A stretch of 64,000 bases of DNA from Chiloscyllium plagiosum (GCF_004010195.1 NC_057719.1:69564401-69628400), one strand, 5' to 3'; positions 49,490 to 63,130 are shown, numbered from the stretch's first letter. Notes: a model not told the origin generated them from the letters alone. Numbers and translations: made by a program.

Positions 49490-51700
49490 TAAAACATAGA
49501 ACAGTACAGCACAGGAACAGACCCTTTTGTCCATGATGCTGTGCCGAACATAACACCAAATTAAACTAATCTCTTCTGTCTATAGCCTTTCATTCCTTGC
49601 ATATTTACTTGCTTATCTAAAAGCCCCTTAAACACCCTGTTGTATCTGCCTTCACCACCACCCAGACAGCACATTCCAGACACCTACCACTCTGTGTGAA
49701 AAAACTTGTCTCTCATCTTAAATGCATGTCCCCTAACATTAGACATTTCAATGCTGGGAAAAAGATTTTGACTGTCAATGCTATCCATGCATCTCATAAT
49801 TTTATAGACTTCTATCATCTCCCTCTCAGCCTCTGCCACTTCAGAGAAAACAACCTGAGTTTTTCTAGCCTCTCCATATAGCTTATACCTTCTAATCCAG
49901 GATGTATTCTGGTAAAAATCTTCTGTACCCTCTCCAAAGCCTCCACATCCTTCCTATAATGTGGCTGAAACAAAGTCTCATAAAGCTGCAACATGACTCT
50001 TGTCAATGCTTTGACTAATAAAGACAAGCATGCCATATGTTTTCTTTACCACTCTATCTACTTGTGCGCCCACTTTCAGGAAGCTATGGACTTGAACTCC
50101 AAGATCCCTTTGTACATCAATATTATTCACCGTCCTGTCATTAACTGTACACTTCTCCTTCACATTTGATCTCCGAAAATGCAGCACCTCACATAGGCCT
50201 AGATTAAACTCATCTGCCATCTCTCCATCTATATCTACAACTGATCCATATCTATATTGACAACCTTCTTTACTATCCATAACTCCACTGATCTTTGTGT
50301 TATCTGGAAACTTACTAAGTCACCCATCTACATTTTCATCTAAGTCATTTATAGATATCACAAGCAGCAGAGGTCCTAGAACAGACCCCTGTGGAACACC
50401 GCTAGTCATAGACCTCCAGCCAGAAAAACCTTGCATTGTTACCCTGTCTTAGATGGCAAGCCAATTCTGAATCCAAGTGGTCAAGTCCCATAGATCCCAG
50501 CATCTTAAACTACTGGATGTGCCTACCATGTAGTGACCTTGTCGAAAGCCTTACTAAAATCCAAGTAGACAGCTTCCACTGCTGTCCCTCATCGATCACT
50601 TTTGTCACCTCCTCGAAAAATTCAATTAAGTTAATAAGACATGACCTGCCCCGCACAAAACGATGCTAACTGAGCTTAAATAGTTAAAAATCACACAACA
50701 CCAGGTTATAGTCCAACAGGTTTAATTGGAAGCACACTAGTTTTCGGAGCGACGCTCCTTCAGCAGGTGATTGTNNNNNNNNNNNNNNNNNNNNNNNNNN
50801 NNNNNNNNNNNNNNNNNNNNNNNNNNNNNNNNNNNNNNNNNNNNNNNNNNNNNNNNNNNNNNNNNNNNNNNNNNNNNNNNNNNNNNNNNNNNNNNNNNNN
50901 NNNNNNNNNNNNNNNNNNNNNNNNNNNNNNNNNNNNNNNNNNNNNNNNNNNNNNNNNNNNNNNNNNNNNNNNNNNNNNNNNNNNNNNNNNNNNNNNNNNN
51001 NNNNNNNNNNNNNNNNNNNNNNNNNNNNNNNNNNNNNNNNNNNNNNNNNNNNNNNNNNNNNNNNNNNNNNNNNNNNNNNNNNNNNNNNNNNNNNNNNNNN
51101 NNNNNNNNNNNNNNNNNNNNNNNNNNNNNNNNNNNNNNNNNNNNNNNNNNNNNNNNNNNNNNNNNNNNNNNNNNNNNNNNNNNNNNNNNNNNNNNNNNNN
51201 NNNNNNNNNNNNNNNNNNNNNNNNNNNNNNNNNNNNNNNNNNNNNNNNNNNNNNNNNNNNNNNNNNNNNNNNNNATACCCCAGTCCAACACCAGCATCTC
51301 CGAATCAGAGCTTAAATAGGCTCGCTTTCCCGAATGCACACAATTCCTATCCCTAAAAAATGTCTGCAAAGCTTCCCAATCACTGATGTGAGATTCATAG
51401 GTCTATAATTTCCTGGATTATCCCTATTTCCTTTTTGAACAGAGGAACATTAGCTACTCACCAGCTCCTCACATGTCAAATGTGGACTTACCTGACAACA
51501 GCTGCTCCTAATTAACATTCCTTAGCTCCTACTTAATGTTATTATTATTTGCCCCTCCTCAATTTAGTACCTTCCCGCAAGGTCTTGACTTATCCTTATT
51601 CATAGCTATCTTAAAGCCTAAGGAGTTGTGATCACTGTTTCGAAAATGCTGTCCCACTGAAAGGTCAGTCACCTGGCCAGGCTCATTAGCTAATACTGTG
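49490..51700 (-). mobile_element. CR1 fragment with Penelope insert
   Basis: LERVQKIFTRI.PGLEGISY.ERLEKL, QRDLGVQVH and LDFSKAFDKV on the minus strand. Confidence 0.9.
50684..51307. mobile_element. Penelope-like insert (N-gap 50775-51274) with 12-bp TSD
   Basis: TSD gagcttaaatag at 50672-50683 and 51308-51319. Minus-strand hammerhead-like cctgctgaaggagcgtcgctccgaaaactag at ~50737-50767. Confidence 0.8.
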
Positions 51701-52300
51701 GAACATATTCCTGTTCTTGTTTTTTGCAGGCAGTGTTGGCATCCACAAGGCCTTCATTTGCAAGAGGCCAATCCCACAGGTCTTCATTCCTCCCCTATCT
51801 CTGAGGAAGACGACCAGGTTCCCCAGAGGATGCTCTGGCAAGGCTTTCTCCTACACTCTCCATGAACTCAGATACTGCCATTTTGGTGAGAACTTGAGCT
51901 AGCTTATAGTCAGAAGCATATTCTAGTGCATACATCGCTGGCACATGGCAGCTGGTCAAGGAAGAAATGTTCCAGCTTGTTGGCACTTAGAGAACTACAG
52001 GAGATGAGCTCATCCCCAGGCAAAAGATTACCTCATGTTGTCAGGTATTAACAACTTCATGAAAAAGCAGACCCAGGAGCAGTAGGCAGGTTAGTTGGGT
52101 GAACTGCATTGAAGGATTGGAGGAGTCCACCAAGATTCTCAGTATTGCATGGGTCTGGCTGTCTCCATGACCAGATTGGACGCTGTCATGGAGAATTAGG
52201 TCCAATAGAATGCTCCATGGCTCTCAAAAATGCATGCAGACTTGCACACCAAAGTTTTAGTAATTGGTTCTGTCAACCCCATCAGGTTTGAGCCTCGCTA
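51700..52300 (+). repeat. Possible Harbinger Myb/SANT-gene downstream exon relic
   Basis: An acceptor-like tttttgcag is followed by a GC-richer, stop-interrupted S/P/T-rich coding-like stretch. Resemblance only. Confidence 0.25.
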
Positions 52301-53328
52301 TGTTCCCACTCAACATTTTATTTAACCTGTTCATCTCCCCAAATAGTCCCCAGAGACCCAGGCCTACCCCACCCACATTGTAATGATATACCTCCATTGA
52401 AACCCATGTGCTGGTGACCATCATTGATTTCTCTCCCAATTTACTCTATGTCCTTCTGTGTGATTTCAAATTCTTGAGTTGTCCCCTTTCTGTTTTTATA
52501 TCAGTTCTCCAACATCTTCAGGGTCTTGCATTTACTGTATCAATGGCTACAAAGTGAATTTCTTTCCTTCATGCATCAACATTATTGCTAACATTAATAA
52601 ATGGAGGAAGATAGCAATTACGCATGACTATCAATCAAACAAAAGTACAGGGAGTTCAAGATCAGCAGGTAGAAATTTCAAGTATTGTGACAAATGTATC
52701 TTTTACTTAAGGAATACACACTATTGTTTTTTCAGAGGTATTAAGTGAATAAACACTCTGTCATCAAAGGCAGGTGAGGAATAATGTACAGTCTATGATT
52801 GTGTTAACATAAAACACTGTCTTATAAATAAACACCCAGACAGTCAAAACTTTACAGAAGGTATTATCCCAGAATATTTGAGAGTAAAAATGAAAGATAA
52901 ACAACAGGTTAATCTTACATGTTGGTTCACAAGTTGCATACCTGAAATAATAAATTATATTATGCATTGTAGACTATTTTATCTGCATTTTTTAAATGTA
53001 GTTTTCTATTGTAATTAACCATTTAATTCAGTGAGCAAACACCTAATGTGATATGTCTACAGTTCACTAGCACATAGACCCAAGGGAAACTTCTAGTGTC
53101 ACAGAAATGTTTGCTCTTACTGCTCTTGGAGAACAAGTGAACAGATAAATGACCTATTTGATTAACCATTACAACGTTAACTGACTAATACCATTACAAG
53201 TGGTGGACTAACAATTGTCACATCAGCAACGTTGTACTCAGAAGAACCAGCAGCATGGAAACTTTCTGGAGTCATCAATTTCACTGTGACAAGTACTATT
53301 GCCCAAACCAAAGCCCTCTCAAAACATG

Positions 53329-53360
53329 GAGAAAGTGAGGATTGCAGACTACACTCTCGA
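53329..53360. mobile_element. 32-bp Penelope footprint with 15-bp TSD
   Basis: TSD ccctctcaaaacatg at 53314-53328 and 53361-53375 flanks gagaaagtgaggattgcaga + ctacactctcga. Confidence 0.85.
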
Positions 53361-54931
53361 CCCTCTCAAAACATGTCAAGGAGATAACATTTTCTTAATT
53401 TAAATGAAAGTGACAGGCATTGCACTCAGATGCAATTCAATTTGTCAAACTATGAGGATTGAAGCAAAATACACTTTATGCATACACTGTAATTAAAATA
53501 TAGACAGAATAAAAACAAAAAAAAAATGCCTTAACAGTAACTATCAAAATACTTAATAAACTAATAAACTACTCATTAACTGGTCCAATTTGGTAACATC
53601 CCATAAGCACACCTTTGGAAAAGGCAAATTCAGTAATCATTCTAGTAGCAGGAAGCCAACTCAAGAATTTAGCTGTGGCAAACACAGAGAGAGATGTAGC
53701 AGCTTTCACAACCCCAACAGCTACTGAAAACTAAACACTTTCGAATCAGTCCCTACACATGTGTGAAGTTCAGCACATAAAAGCAATTTACTTTTATCCA
53801 GTGCCTTTAATGAAATAAACTATTTCAAAGCACTATATAGGACCTGTTCAAAAGTAACCATGTTAACTCTGATGATTTAAGCAAATTTTGTTCACTGTTT
53901 TTTATTCTGAGACCACCTCAGCATCTCCAACGTGTACATTGAAATCTGTTTATATTTGAAATTTTCATTTCTGAACAATTATGTCATAATAATATCATGA
54001 CATGCTGCAATTTAATTGCGTAAAAGCTTCGCATTCAGAATCATATCCGGATTTCCTATATTCTCTCTAAATTACATGATTAACTTTCTTCCCTATCTGT
54101 ACCAAATGAACCATTCAGAAGCACTGTTCTTAACTGTTTGCTGAGGGGAAGGGGGCATTACAGCCCAAACCTGAAAGGACTAAAATTTAGCATGTGCTAT
54201 TCCCACTCTGACCATGACCACTGCAATTTTGAATGAGGTGCTTACATAGGAAGAGGAACCTTCCTGAACTATTGATCTCTGATTTCAATTTTAAGCTGGA
54301 AAAGCATCGAATCCTTCCATTTACAGCCATCTTGATTGATTTGGTCATCCTTCAAATGGTTTCTGGAGATCACTCAAAAAATGGCCCAGGAAAATCCCAT
54401 TTTTTCTTTTGGTATTGCTTCCTCTGTGCCAAGGAGTAATTGTGGGACACTATAGTTCTAATAGGTCATCCTGAATTTACACTCCACCTTCCTCTCTAGC
54501 TTTCATTGTCAATCAATTCAAATATGGTTTCTGACTGATAAGATCACTCCACTTGACTAACCATCATTAACAGTTGAAGTGGCGACTGAGGCAAGAGAAC
54601 AAGCAGACTTTGCTCTTGCACGGATTCTTGCAACAAGTTCTGAAACCATTTAATCAGTTTACTAGAGAAACATGACAAGCAAAACCAAAAGCTAGAAATA
54701 CGAATACAATGTAAAAATTAACATTTTCACCCAAAAGTGATTTGCAATATATGGTTTTGTTTAATTTATTAACTCAGTTCTAATATTTATATACTTTTTT
54801 CTAATGTACCTTGCTTAAGGATTTGAACTTTACTATTATCTTTGGAGACAGTCAAAATTCACTCCATGCTGTGCCAACAAATTAACACAGGTGCCATTTC
54901 ACGTTTGTAACACATTAGCTAAGTTTCATCC

Positions 54932-54950
54932 ATACCACAAGGGGGTGCTG
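54932..54950 (+). promoter_or_regulatory. Candidate CTCF motif
   Basis: ataCCACAAGGGGGTGCTG, close to the CTCF consensus, in non-repetitive DNA. Confidence 0.4.
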
Positions 54951-56241
54951 CAAACTAACTTTACACCACAGCAGAGCTGACTTGGCTCAGACCAAGATAT
55001 GCAACTCCATCCTTTCATTATTTGGTGTTAAATTACACTGCAGGAAAGGTAAACCAATGATTTGCCTCACCGACCAGTTAAAAATTAACCTAGTTTAAGA
55101 TATCTGTTTTTTTTATATCTGTTTGGATTTTTCATTGATTGTTAGCCTGGTTGTTATATACTGGAGAACAACAATAAGCAGACTGTTTAATATGTTGATG
55201 CTGCAGCTACCAATCTCCCAGGCAGTACTTCATTTATACTGCTCCTGCATGTTTCGGTGTTTATAAGTCCCTGTGCAGGGGTTCTCAATTATTAAACTTT
55301 AAATGTTTAGAGAGTGTAGGCAGCACTGTCCAAACATATAATTAAGCGCAAGTAGATAACAAAAGGATCTCGGAGGTCATGAAACATAAGACCTGTTTAA
55401 ATGTCAGATCCAGGCACTATTAGACTGTACTTAAAGAATTCTTACACCACTGTTTCTAAGTGAGTTTGGGATTTGAATTTATACTCGTATTACACCTTTA
55501 GTGCTGTTGCAATTTGAAAATCATTTTGCAGTGATGCTTAAATGTCATATGAAATACACTCTAAGTGACAATCTCAAATGTGTGGGTCTCTGCACACTGA
55601 GTTTCCAGCATCATTTATGCTGTGAATGGCAGACAGAGCAAGTGGAGGACATTTTTCTCTACAAATGGAGGAAAAATAAATCAGGGAATAATTTGTCGTG
55701 TTTCACGTCTTGGTTAGCTGGTGAACAGCATTGGTGTGACCGAGCACGAGCAACTAGGAAACAATATGAGATGCGAGATGGGAGGGCAAAGAGCTGAATC
55801 GGGGAGTGCTGATTGTTGAAGGTATGGGCAGGATTTTTTTTCCTATTTGGTTGAGACCTCAACATCAGGGTCAAATGAAGGTCATGACCCTGCACTGTGT
55901 TGTGAACAGTCACCTGGTAGTGAGTTTCTCTCAATTGGCCAAACTGCGACAAGAGGGTTGTCTTACTGTCTTTATACAGGGTCTTAAATTTGGGAGGATG
56001 ACAGCAGGACCTTCCAGCAAAGAAGAAGCAACGGCCTATAATTCGAATAGAGATGGGCCAAGGACTTCCCAGCTTCTTAAATTTGCAGCATTCAAGCCAC
56101 TACTGTGCAGGGAAAATGCTGTGGCTGCAACTCTAGCCAGGTAATCAGGTGGGCTTCAAATCCTGCAAGGTAGCCACACTCGTCCTTACCATCAAGAGGC
56201 CAACTTCAGGTCATCAGTCTAGTACTCAAACACTCCGACAA

Positions 56242-56513
56242 TAGGGCTTTTGCCCAAAATGTCGATTTTGCTGCTCCTCGGATGCTGCCTGAACTGCTGT
56301 GCTCTTCCAGCACCACTAATCCAGAGTCTGGTTTCCAGCATCTGCAGTCATTGTTTTTACCTAGTTGATTGTAACCCAACTGCGAATCCTCTTGCAAGGA
56401 TGCCTGCCTTGAAGAAGTTTTCCTCCTCTCTCTACAAGAATCTCAGAAAGTCCCTCTCCCACTGCAACTCCTAGGTCATTTCCTCTGCCCTGAAGCTCTT
56501 CAACCATGTCCTT
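56242..56513 (+). mobile_element. Penelope terminal repeat running into 5' internal sequence
   Basis: Matches the repeat at 42940-43059 and continues past its end. Confidence 0.8.
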
Positions 56514-57824
56514 AATACACACAGTTCCGGCCCTAAAGCCCACACCCTGTCTGAAGGACAGTGGCCTAGTCCAGTGGTGTCATGAAGTTTTGCACCTGCC
56601 CAACTCTGCTCTCATCCCCAAAGGGTCTGAAAGTCACATGTCCCATCTTGTGGATAGAATTTTGATCTTTGGCCTTGGCTATGACAGTCTTAAATTTTTA
56701 AAAACGTGCTCCTTTACTAAACCAAAGAAACCTAGACATCTAAACAAGGTTGAGGAGGATGACATACCCTTGTCCTACCAGGATGGAGAAAATGCGATCA
56801 GAAAAGGAATAAGTTAAAACTGAAACTAAAGGATCAAAGTTCTTTTTCTCAACTGTGGTAATTCTGTTCCATTTCTTTTATTACACAGTTGCACTGGCAA
56901 TGCAGTCATAGAGTCATAGAAATGCACTGCCTTTTAAATGTTCCTTAGCTTTACTTGTCATTTTTAAATATAATTCCTTTAAATAATCGTTGAAAATTTG
57001 CAATTACTCAGAAATAGCGGTCAACTTAGACTTCAAAAGCGTGGCAATTCTAGGTTAGACAGCAATCTGAATTTTTCAACTCAACTGGAGCGTAACAAAT
57101 AAATTTAGGGAAACTGTGTTTATAAAATCTAACTGAGCCTATATATTCACATCTCATTCTCATGCATTGAGTTTGTACAGAAAAGTTTGAATTTGGCTAT
57201 TGGAGGAAGACTATGAGGATCACTAACAAAACACTGAAGCTCTTGGTCTAGCTACTGAAGAACAAGTAAAAGTGAGTGAAGCTTTTTTTGTCATATGTTC
57301 AGGGAAAGTCTGACTACTCTGTCAGTTATGATAGAGGCAGTGAGGGAGGAGGGATATAGATAGAAAAGGAAATGTAGTCCATGTAAATTTGGGAAAGAAG
57401 ATGCTAAAGCAAATGTTAAGAACAAACCAAAGCAAAATTCCACAATCATTGGAGAGAAATAACTGTCACAAAGAAATATCTTAATTTAACACCAAAAATT
57501 AACATCTGCCTTTTTAGTAGCAACTAGTAACTAAGAACAATTGTTTAAAAAGTGGATGTTATTACAATTGAGTGCAAATGAGATACAGATAATGGAAACT
57601 GAAATGGAATGGAAAATAGGTACAATGAAGGCCAGAATCTAGGATAAGTATGTCTACCTCTTTGTCTGAATATTGGCCAAATATCAAACAGCATCATGTA
57701 CAAATTTCAAGCTCATATGTACATAGATTGTTGTAGTATTTCAAACTTCCAACGATACCCTTCTCTGTACTCTGCCACAAAGTTGCTATCCTCAACACCA
57801 AAGTATTTATATCTTTGAAAACTT

Positions 57825-58157
57825 GATTAGATTAGATTCCCTACAGTATGGAAACAGGCCCTTTGCCCCAACAAGTCCACACCGACCCTCCAAAGAATAA
57901 CCCACCCATATGCATTCTTCTACCCTATATTTACCCCTGACTAATGCACCTGACACTATGGACAAGTTTGCATGGCCAATTCACCTGGCCTGCACATCTT
58001 TGGACTGTGGGAGGAAACTGGAGCACCTAGAGCAAACCCACGCAGACACAGGGAGAATGTGCAAACTCCACACAGACAGTCACCCAAGGCTGGGGTTGAA
58101 TCAGGGTCCGTGGTGCTATGAGGCAGCAGTGCTAACCACTGAGCCACCGTGCTGCCC
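57825..58157 (-). mobile_element. Full-length HE1-type SINE
   Basis: The minus strand starts gggcagcacggtggctcagtggttagc (A box), has a B-box-like gattcaacc and the HE1 core, and ends in a (tctaa)n tail. Confidence 0.9.
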
Positions 58158-60969
58158 TGGTATTATAATAAAACTAACTTTTAGAAATTACAACACATAA
58201 GATTACTGCTGTGAGTTACACTAAAACTAAACATCGTTTTTAATCATAGTTATTTTATTAAAGTTCCATTTCTCTGTTCGGTCTGTTTAAACTAAAGCAA
58301 ACAAAAATGAAATCTAATGAGGTATAATTTACATATTATGGAGTTAACCTGTGAGCCCACTGAAGATGTGAGTTATAGTGAAGGTCAAAAAATAATTCAC
58401 ATTATTACACAAACTGTTTGAGTCACATGCAAATTAAACTTGTCAAAAAAAGCAAACTTGTATAATAGGCTGTTAATATACAAATGGGACTTGGACAAAC
58501 AATCTTACCCAGCCCCAGTTCTACTGGAGACCATGCACAGGCACAAAAAAGGAAACTTTTTATCTGTGTTGGCTCTGTCATAGATCCTCAGCTGGAGTAT
58601 CAGATGGAAGAAAGCATGTTAGCACATGACAAATGAATAATTAGACTCTTTCAGTTTCCTGCTTTGACCTGTGCTCACTTCCGTTCAATTCTGCAACTGA
58701 ATTGTTTGTTGTAGAGAAATCCATTAGTCAAATTAGCTTGATGTTTAAACTGCAGCATAATAAGCAGAATGCCCAGGATTGGGAGGATTGGTGGGTGCTA
58801 GGGAAAGTCTCTGGGTATGAGTTTGAGAGAAATAGGGGAGGCATCACTGTAACAGGGGAACAGTTTTGTGAAAAAGAGACATTGAAAAGCCAAAAGTGGA
58901 GAGATCGAAGGCTAAATAACTTAACTTATTTTAATATTCAATACTTCTTGCAAAACTCTAGGGAGAGTCTTGGAGGGTGGTGCAGGCTAGGATTCCTGTG
59001 TTAGACTAAATGTTTCCACCTAATACTGCCACCAGCAGCTGTTAGTTACAGAAGCTTATTATAGTTGGCCACGTGATGTGGTGGATTCAAGCAGAATCAA
59101 TTCTCTCTTGAATGTTGAATAGATGCTGCCCCTCCTGGGATAGAAGAGCTGACTGCTGGACCAGCAAAGAGATGAATCAGTATGCTAATGCAGAGCTCAG
59201 ACATGAGGAAAATATGATGAATCCTTCAGCTTCATGCAGATTCTTTTCTGTGGACAAAACAAACGCACATTAAACTATTGGGAAGAGAACTCATTTCTTG
59301 TATGTTTTTTAAGCTTTTCAATAGCTTTTCTCAAAACCTTCCATGACCATTTAATCATTCAATCATACCTTGAAAAGAATAATTCACAAATTATGTCATT
59401 TGCTTTAAAGTAATTTCATCTGTAGAAACAAATTACTGTGAAAAGATTTGCCCGCTTTCCAAGATGAGCTTTATTGAATTGCTCAATCTGTTTATGCTGC
59501 ACATTTTTTTAATTGTCTTATGGATGTCTGCAAAGAAATTGATTGCATTTGATTGACAAGTTCTGGGGCTTATCTCTTGGATATTGACTAGTAATTGTGA
59601 TCTTCATCCATCTAATTTTTCTCCTCACATTTGCTGCATGTTATTCAGCAAACAAACCAAGCCAGCTGCAGCCATGACACAAAATAGGCTCATGCCTTTT
59701 TGTCACAGGAGTACAATCCAACATCACCCCATTCTAAAAACAAGCCTTTAACTTGTATCTGTTTACTGATGAGTGTGAGAAAAAAAATCTTGAACGCCAT
59801 CCATTGAAAGACCTGCATTAACCTCTATGTAGGGCTTCAGATTTCCATCTTCACACCATATCTGCAAAAATATAAATCATGTTTTTCACACTTCAACTTA
59901 GTTTTTCTTCACAAACATGGCTTCAAATGTCAGTGAAATTTTAGCTTAGTTTTGTGAAATTCACTTGGAACAGCTTTCTGTCACACACAGATGAAACACT
60001 TTCCTCTCGAATGGCTCTCGCATATCAATAGTGCACAAACAAAGGGAGCACGACGAATATGCTGATTTATTCCCTGAATGTGTCGGAGAATAAGATTGTT
60101 TGAAAGTACCTAATCCAACTGACAACATCATTGAGACTCAGACATGCTTTGTTTAACAGGACTTGTAAGTGCAAAGAAAAGAATCCGTGAAAGAAAGTAG
60201 TACCAGGCTTTTACATTTGCACCAATTTTGTTACATTTAATTTTCATGAAATTCTATCTCATTTTTGCTTACCATGTACAACTAATTGAGCTGTGAAACA
60301 GATTATTTTGAAGTTTTAAAAATGTCTATACAGTGTATTAGCATTAACATATTTCAATGTTGTTTATTTTGAGTCATTGAAGTAACTAGTCAAAGGTTTG
60401 TAAAATGCAACGTTTTTCATCAGGCGAGATGTTAGAGTCACCACCACTCTTAACATTTGTATTCTTTCCACTGTTCTAAAGCAAGACTGTGCTGCATTAT
60501 TAACACAATTGTACAACACAGCAGAGCTCTACACTCTCACAGGCCCGTATCAGATTCCTACAAGATAATGAACCATTCACACATTGAACAAATGGTGTCA
60601 GCAAGGTGATGTACCTCTCCGTCATTGAGAAAATCTCACCTTTCCTTCTCTGCCAGTGTCCCTTCTACTTCATTGCTTAATATTGGTGCGCCCTCAATGG
60701 AAGAGATTATATTTTAGAATAAGCCTGGCAAGCCTTCGTCCTTAAGGCTGCAATGAACTCTTCAATTTTGCAATACTTTGGCTCTGGGCCTTATGCCATC
60801 TGCTTACCTGCTGGTTCAAATCCTTTGTAAACGTTTGTACATGTTGTGTCTAAATTGATTTTCCATACCTGGAGTTTGACAATATGGTGCTAATGTTGAG
60901 TGCAGGAAAATTGAGACTGCATGTGCGCAGAAGACTACCCTGACTCAAGTTTATAATTTATGTCTTTCA

Positions 60970-61255
60970 TAATAGGTGAAGGGTGTTTGTCCCTACAAGC
61001 TAATCCTCTATTCAGCATGATCATGGCAGATTTGATTGTGACCTATTTGCCCCTGTATAATCATGAATTTCATTATCAATTAAAAATCTGTCCAACTCAC
61101 CAATCAGCATATTCAATGGTACAGCCTCCACTTCTCTCTATAGAAGAGAATTCCACAGACTAATGATCTTCGGAGAGAAGAAATACCTCATCTAAATGGA
61201 ACACTCTCTCTTTTTAAACTGTGGGCCCTTGCTGTAGATTTGCCCATGAGAGAAA
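60970..61255 (-). mobile_element. Old CR1 3' fragment
   Basis: cagcctccac...agagaattccacagac...gagaagaaatacctcatc. Confidence 0.6.
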
Positions 61256-61289
61256 ATATTAGGCTAAAAGTTCACACCAAGGCAGGTAG

Positions 61290-61875
61290 CTTGAGTCAGG
61301 TTCCTTGCTGATGGATAGGTGCACAAGATAAGCCAACAATTCGCATGTCTTAAATGTGGAAGGTGGGCTTTACTTGCCTAAGAAGGGAAGTTGGCTGCAA
61401 GTAACCAACTAAATGAATGGTCTTGATATGAACATTTTCATTGAAAACAAAAAATGCTGGCGATCAGAAAGAGTCAGGCGACATCTATGAAAGAAAGCAA
61501 GCTAACAGTTTGAGTCTAGATAGCATCTTTTCTCCCCAAGTACCAACCACCCTCCCCCCACCAACTATTGCATAAATGTTGCCTACTCCTCACTTCATGT
61601 CATGTCTGATGAAGAGCCATCCAGACTCAAACTGTTAGCTTGCTTTCTTTTATGATGCTGCCTGACCCTTTGTGATCTCCAGCATTTTTCATTTTCAATA
61701 GAAATGTTCATACCAAGACTCACCATTGTTCTGCCATATTCACATTATGATCAGTTAATATGAACTATCAGCCATCTTTTCTCCCCCAGTATCCACTACC
61801 ACCTCTTCCCCCTCAACTATTGCATAAATGTTGCCTCCTGCACACTTCACGTCATCTCTGTTGAAAAGTTCACAT
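61290..61875. mobile_element. Old Penelope terminal structure with inverted and tandem pseudo-LTRs
   Basis: 61420-61530 is inverted relative to 61610-61720. Direct repeat at 61524-61612 and 61773-61866. Confidence 0.7.
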
Positions 61876-62559
61876 TTAGTGATTGGAATGCGAGAATGGC
61901 AGAATGATGGTGAATCTAACTGCCAGACTGGAAAGAACAGACAGTCCCACTGGGGTGGGTACAGAGAAGAGAGGAACATTTCTAAAATGAGCAGGAGAAG
62001 GTTGGGGTTAAAATGTGAAACTGCACAATGCAACACTACCTTAGTGCACACCTACCTGCTGACATTTCCACACTGGCAAATTTTTGTGGCGTGAAAGTAT
62101 TGCACTGCAAAGAGAAAGGATATTTATTAACTCAATTAGGAGGCAGGGATGAAATTAACTTCTGCTGCATAGCTCCCCGGGGTCACAGTGGCGAAATGGA
62201 GGCTTGAGTTGAGAGCTCACACAAATGGAAAGTTTTTCAGATTTTGGTTGCAGAAGATCACCTTCAAAGGCACTTTCAGCACTATCCAGTCCCTAGCTCT
62301 AGCTTCCCATCTCCTGTATTCCCCTAGTCTCTCAATTGCTGAAGATAACTCCTTTTCCCTTCTGGATCATTGGTTTCCTTCTTCATCCCAAGTGTCAGGA
62401 ACAGTTCCCAGTTGTATCTGTCTGGCTTCTAGATCTTCACAATACAACTAAGGTACTGCTGTTAAAGGTTTTCTCTGCCCCTGGCTGTCTGGCAGCTTTT
62501 AGACTAATGTTTTTCCTTTCCCCAAATATTGGTGTTAACAGCAAAAGATTTCACCTCAT

Positions 62560-63130
62560 TAAAAACTAACCACTGGTCTTGCCTTAGGCTTGAGTTATGT
62601 GCCCTGTTCTGGGCACTATGTTTTAGAATGAACATGGAGTTATTAGCGAGGGTAGAATAAAGATTCACAAGAATGATTTCAAGAATGAGGAACTTCAGTA
62701 ATGTAGAGAAATTGTGAAGCTGAATCTGTTCTCCTTAAAGAGAAAGCTGAGAAAAGATTTAACAAAGAAATTCACAATCATGAAGACTTTGGACAAAATT
62801 GCAGGGAGAAACTCTGTTGGTAGACGGATTGAGAGCCAGAGGGCTTAAAATTAATGTACCTGTAATTGGCAAGAGAAACAATAATGACAAGAGGTGAAAC
62901 ATTGTCATAATGTAAGTGGTTAAGGACATGGAACGCACTGCCTGAGAGAGTGGTAGAGGCAAGGTCAATTATGATTTACTAAAGAGAATAGATCATTATC
63001 CACAAAGAAAAGAAAGTATGCAGGGTTATGGAGAACAGGCAAAAGAGTGACACCAGTTGAATCGCTCCTTCAGTGGGCCAACTCAGGAATGGTGGGCCAA
63101 ATAGCTTCTGTCTGTGTTGTAAACTTCTGG
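62560..63130 (+). mobile_element. Old CR1 3' fragment
   Basis: ctgttctgggcac...agattcacaagaatgatt...tggaacgcactgcctgagagagtggtagaggca. Confidence 0.75.

Noticed and set aside
52504..52672. Possible exon after a pyrimidine tract (tttctgtttttatatcag)
   Set aside because: No convincing donor, and no recognisable peptide in any frame.
58085..58157. tRNA gene
   Set aside because: It is the tRNA-derived head of a SINE, continuous with the SINE core and tail.
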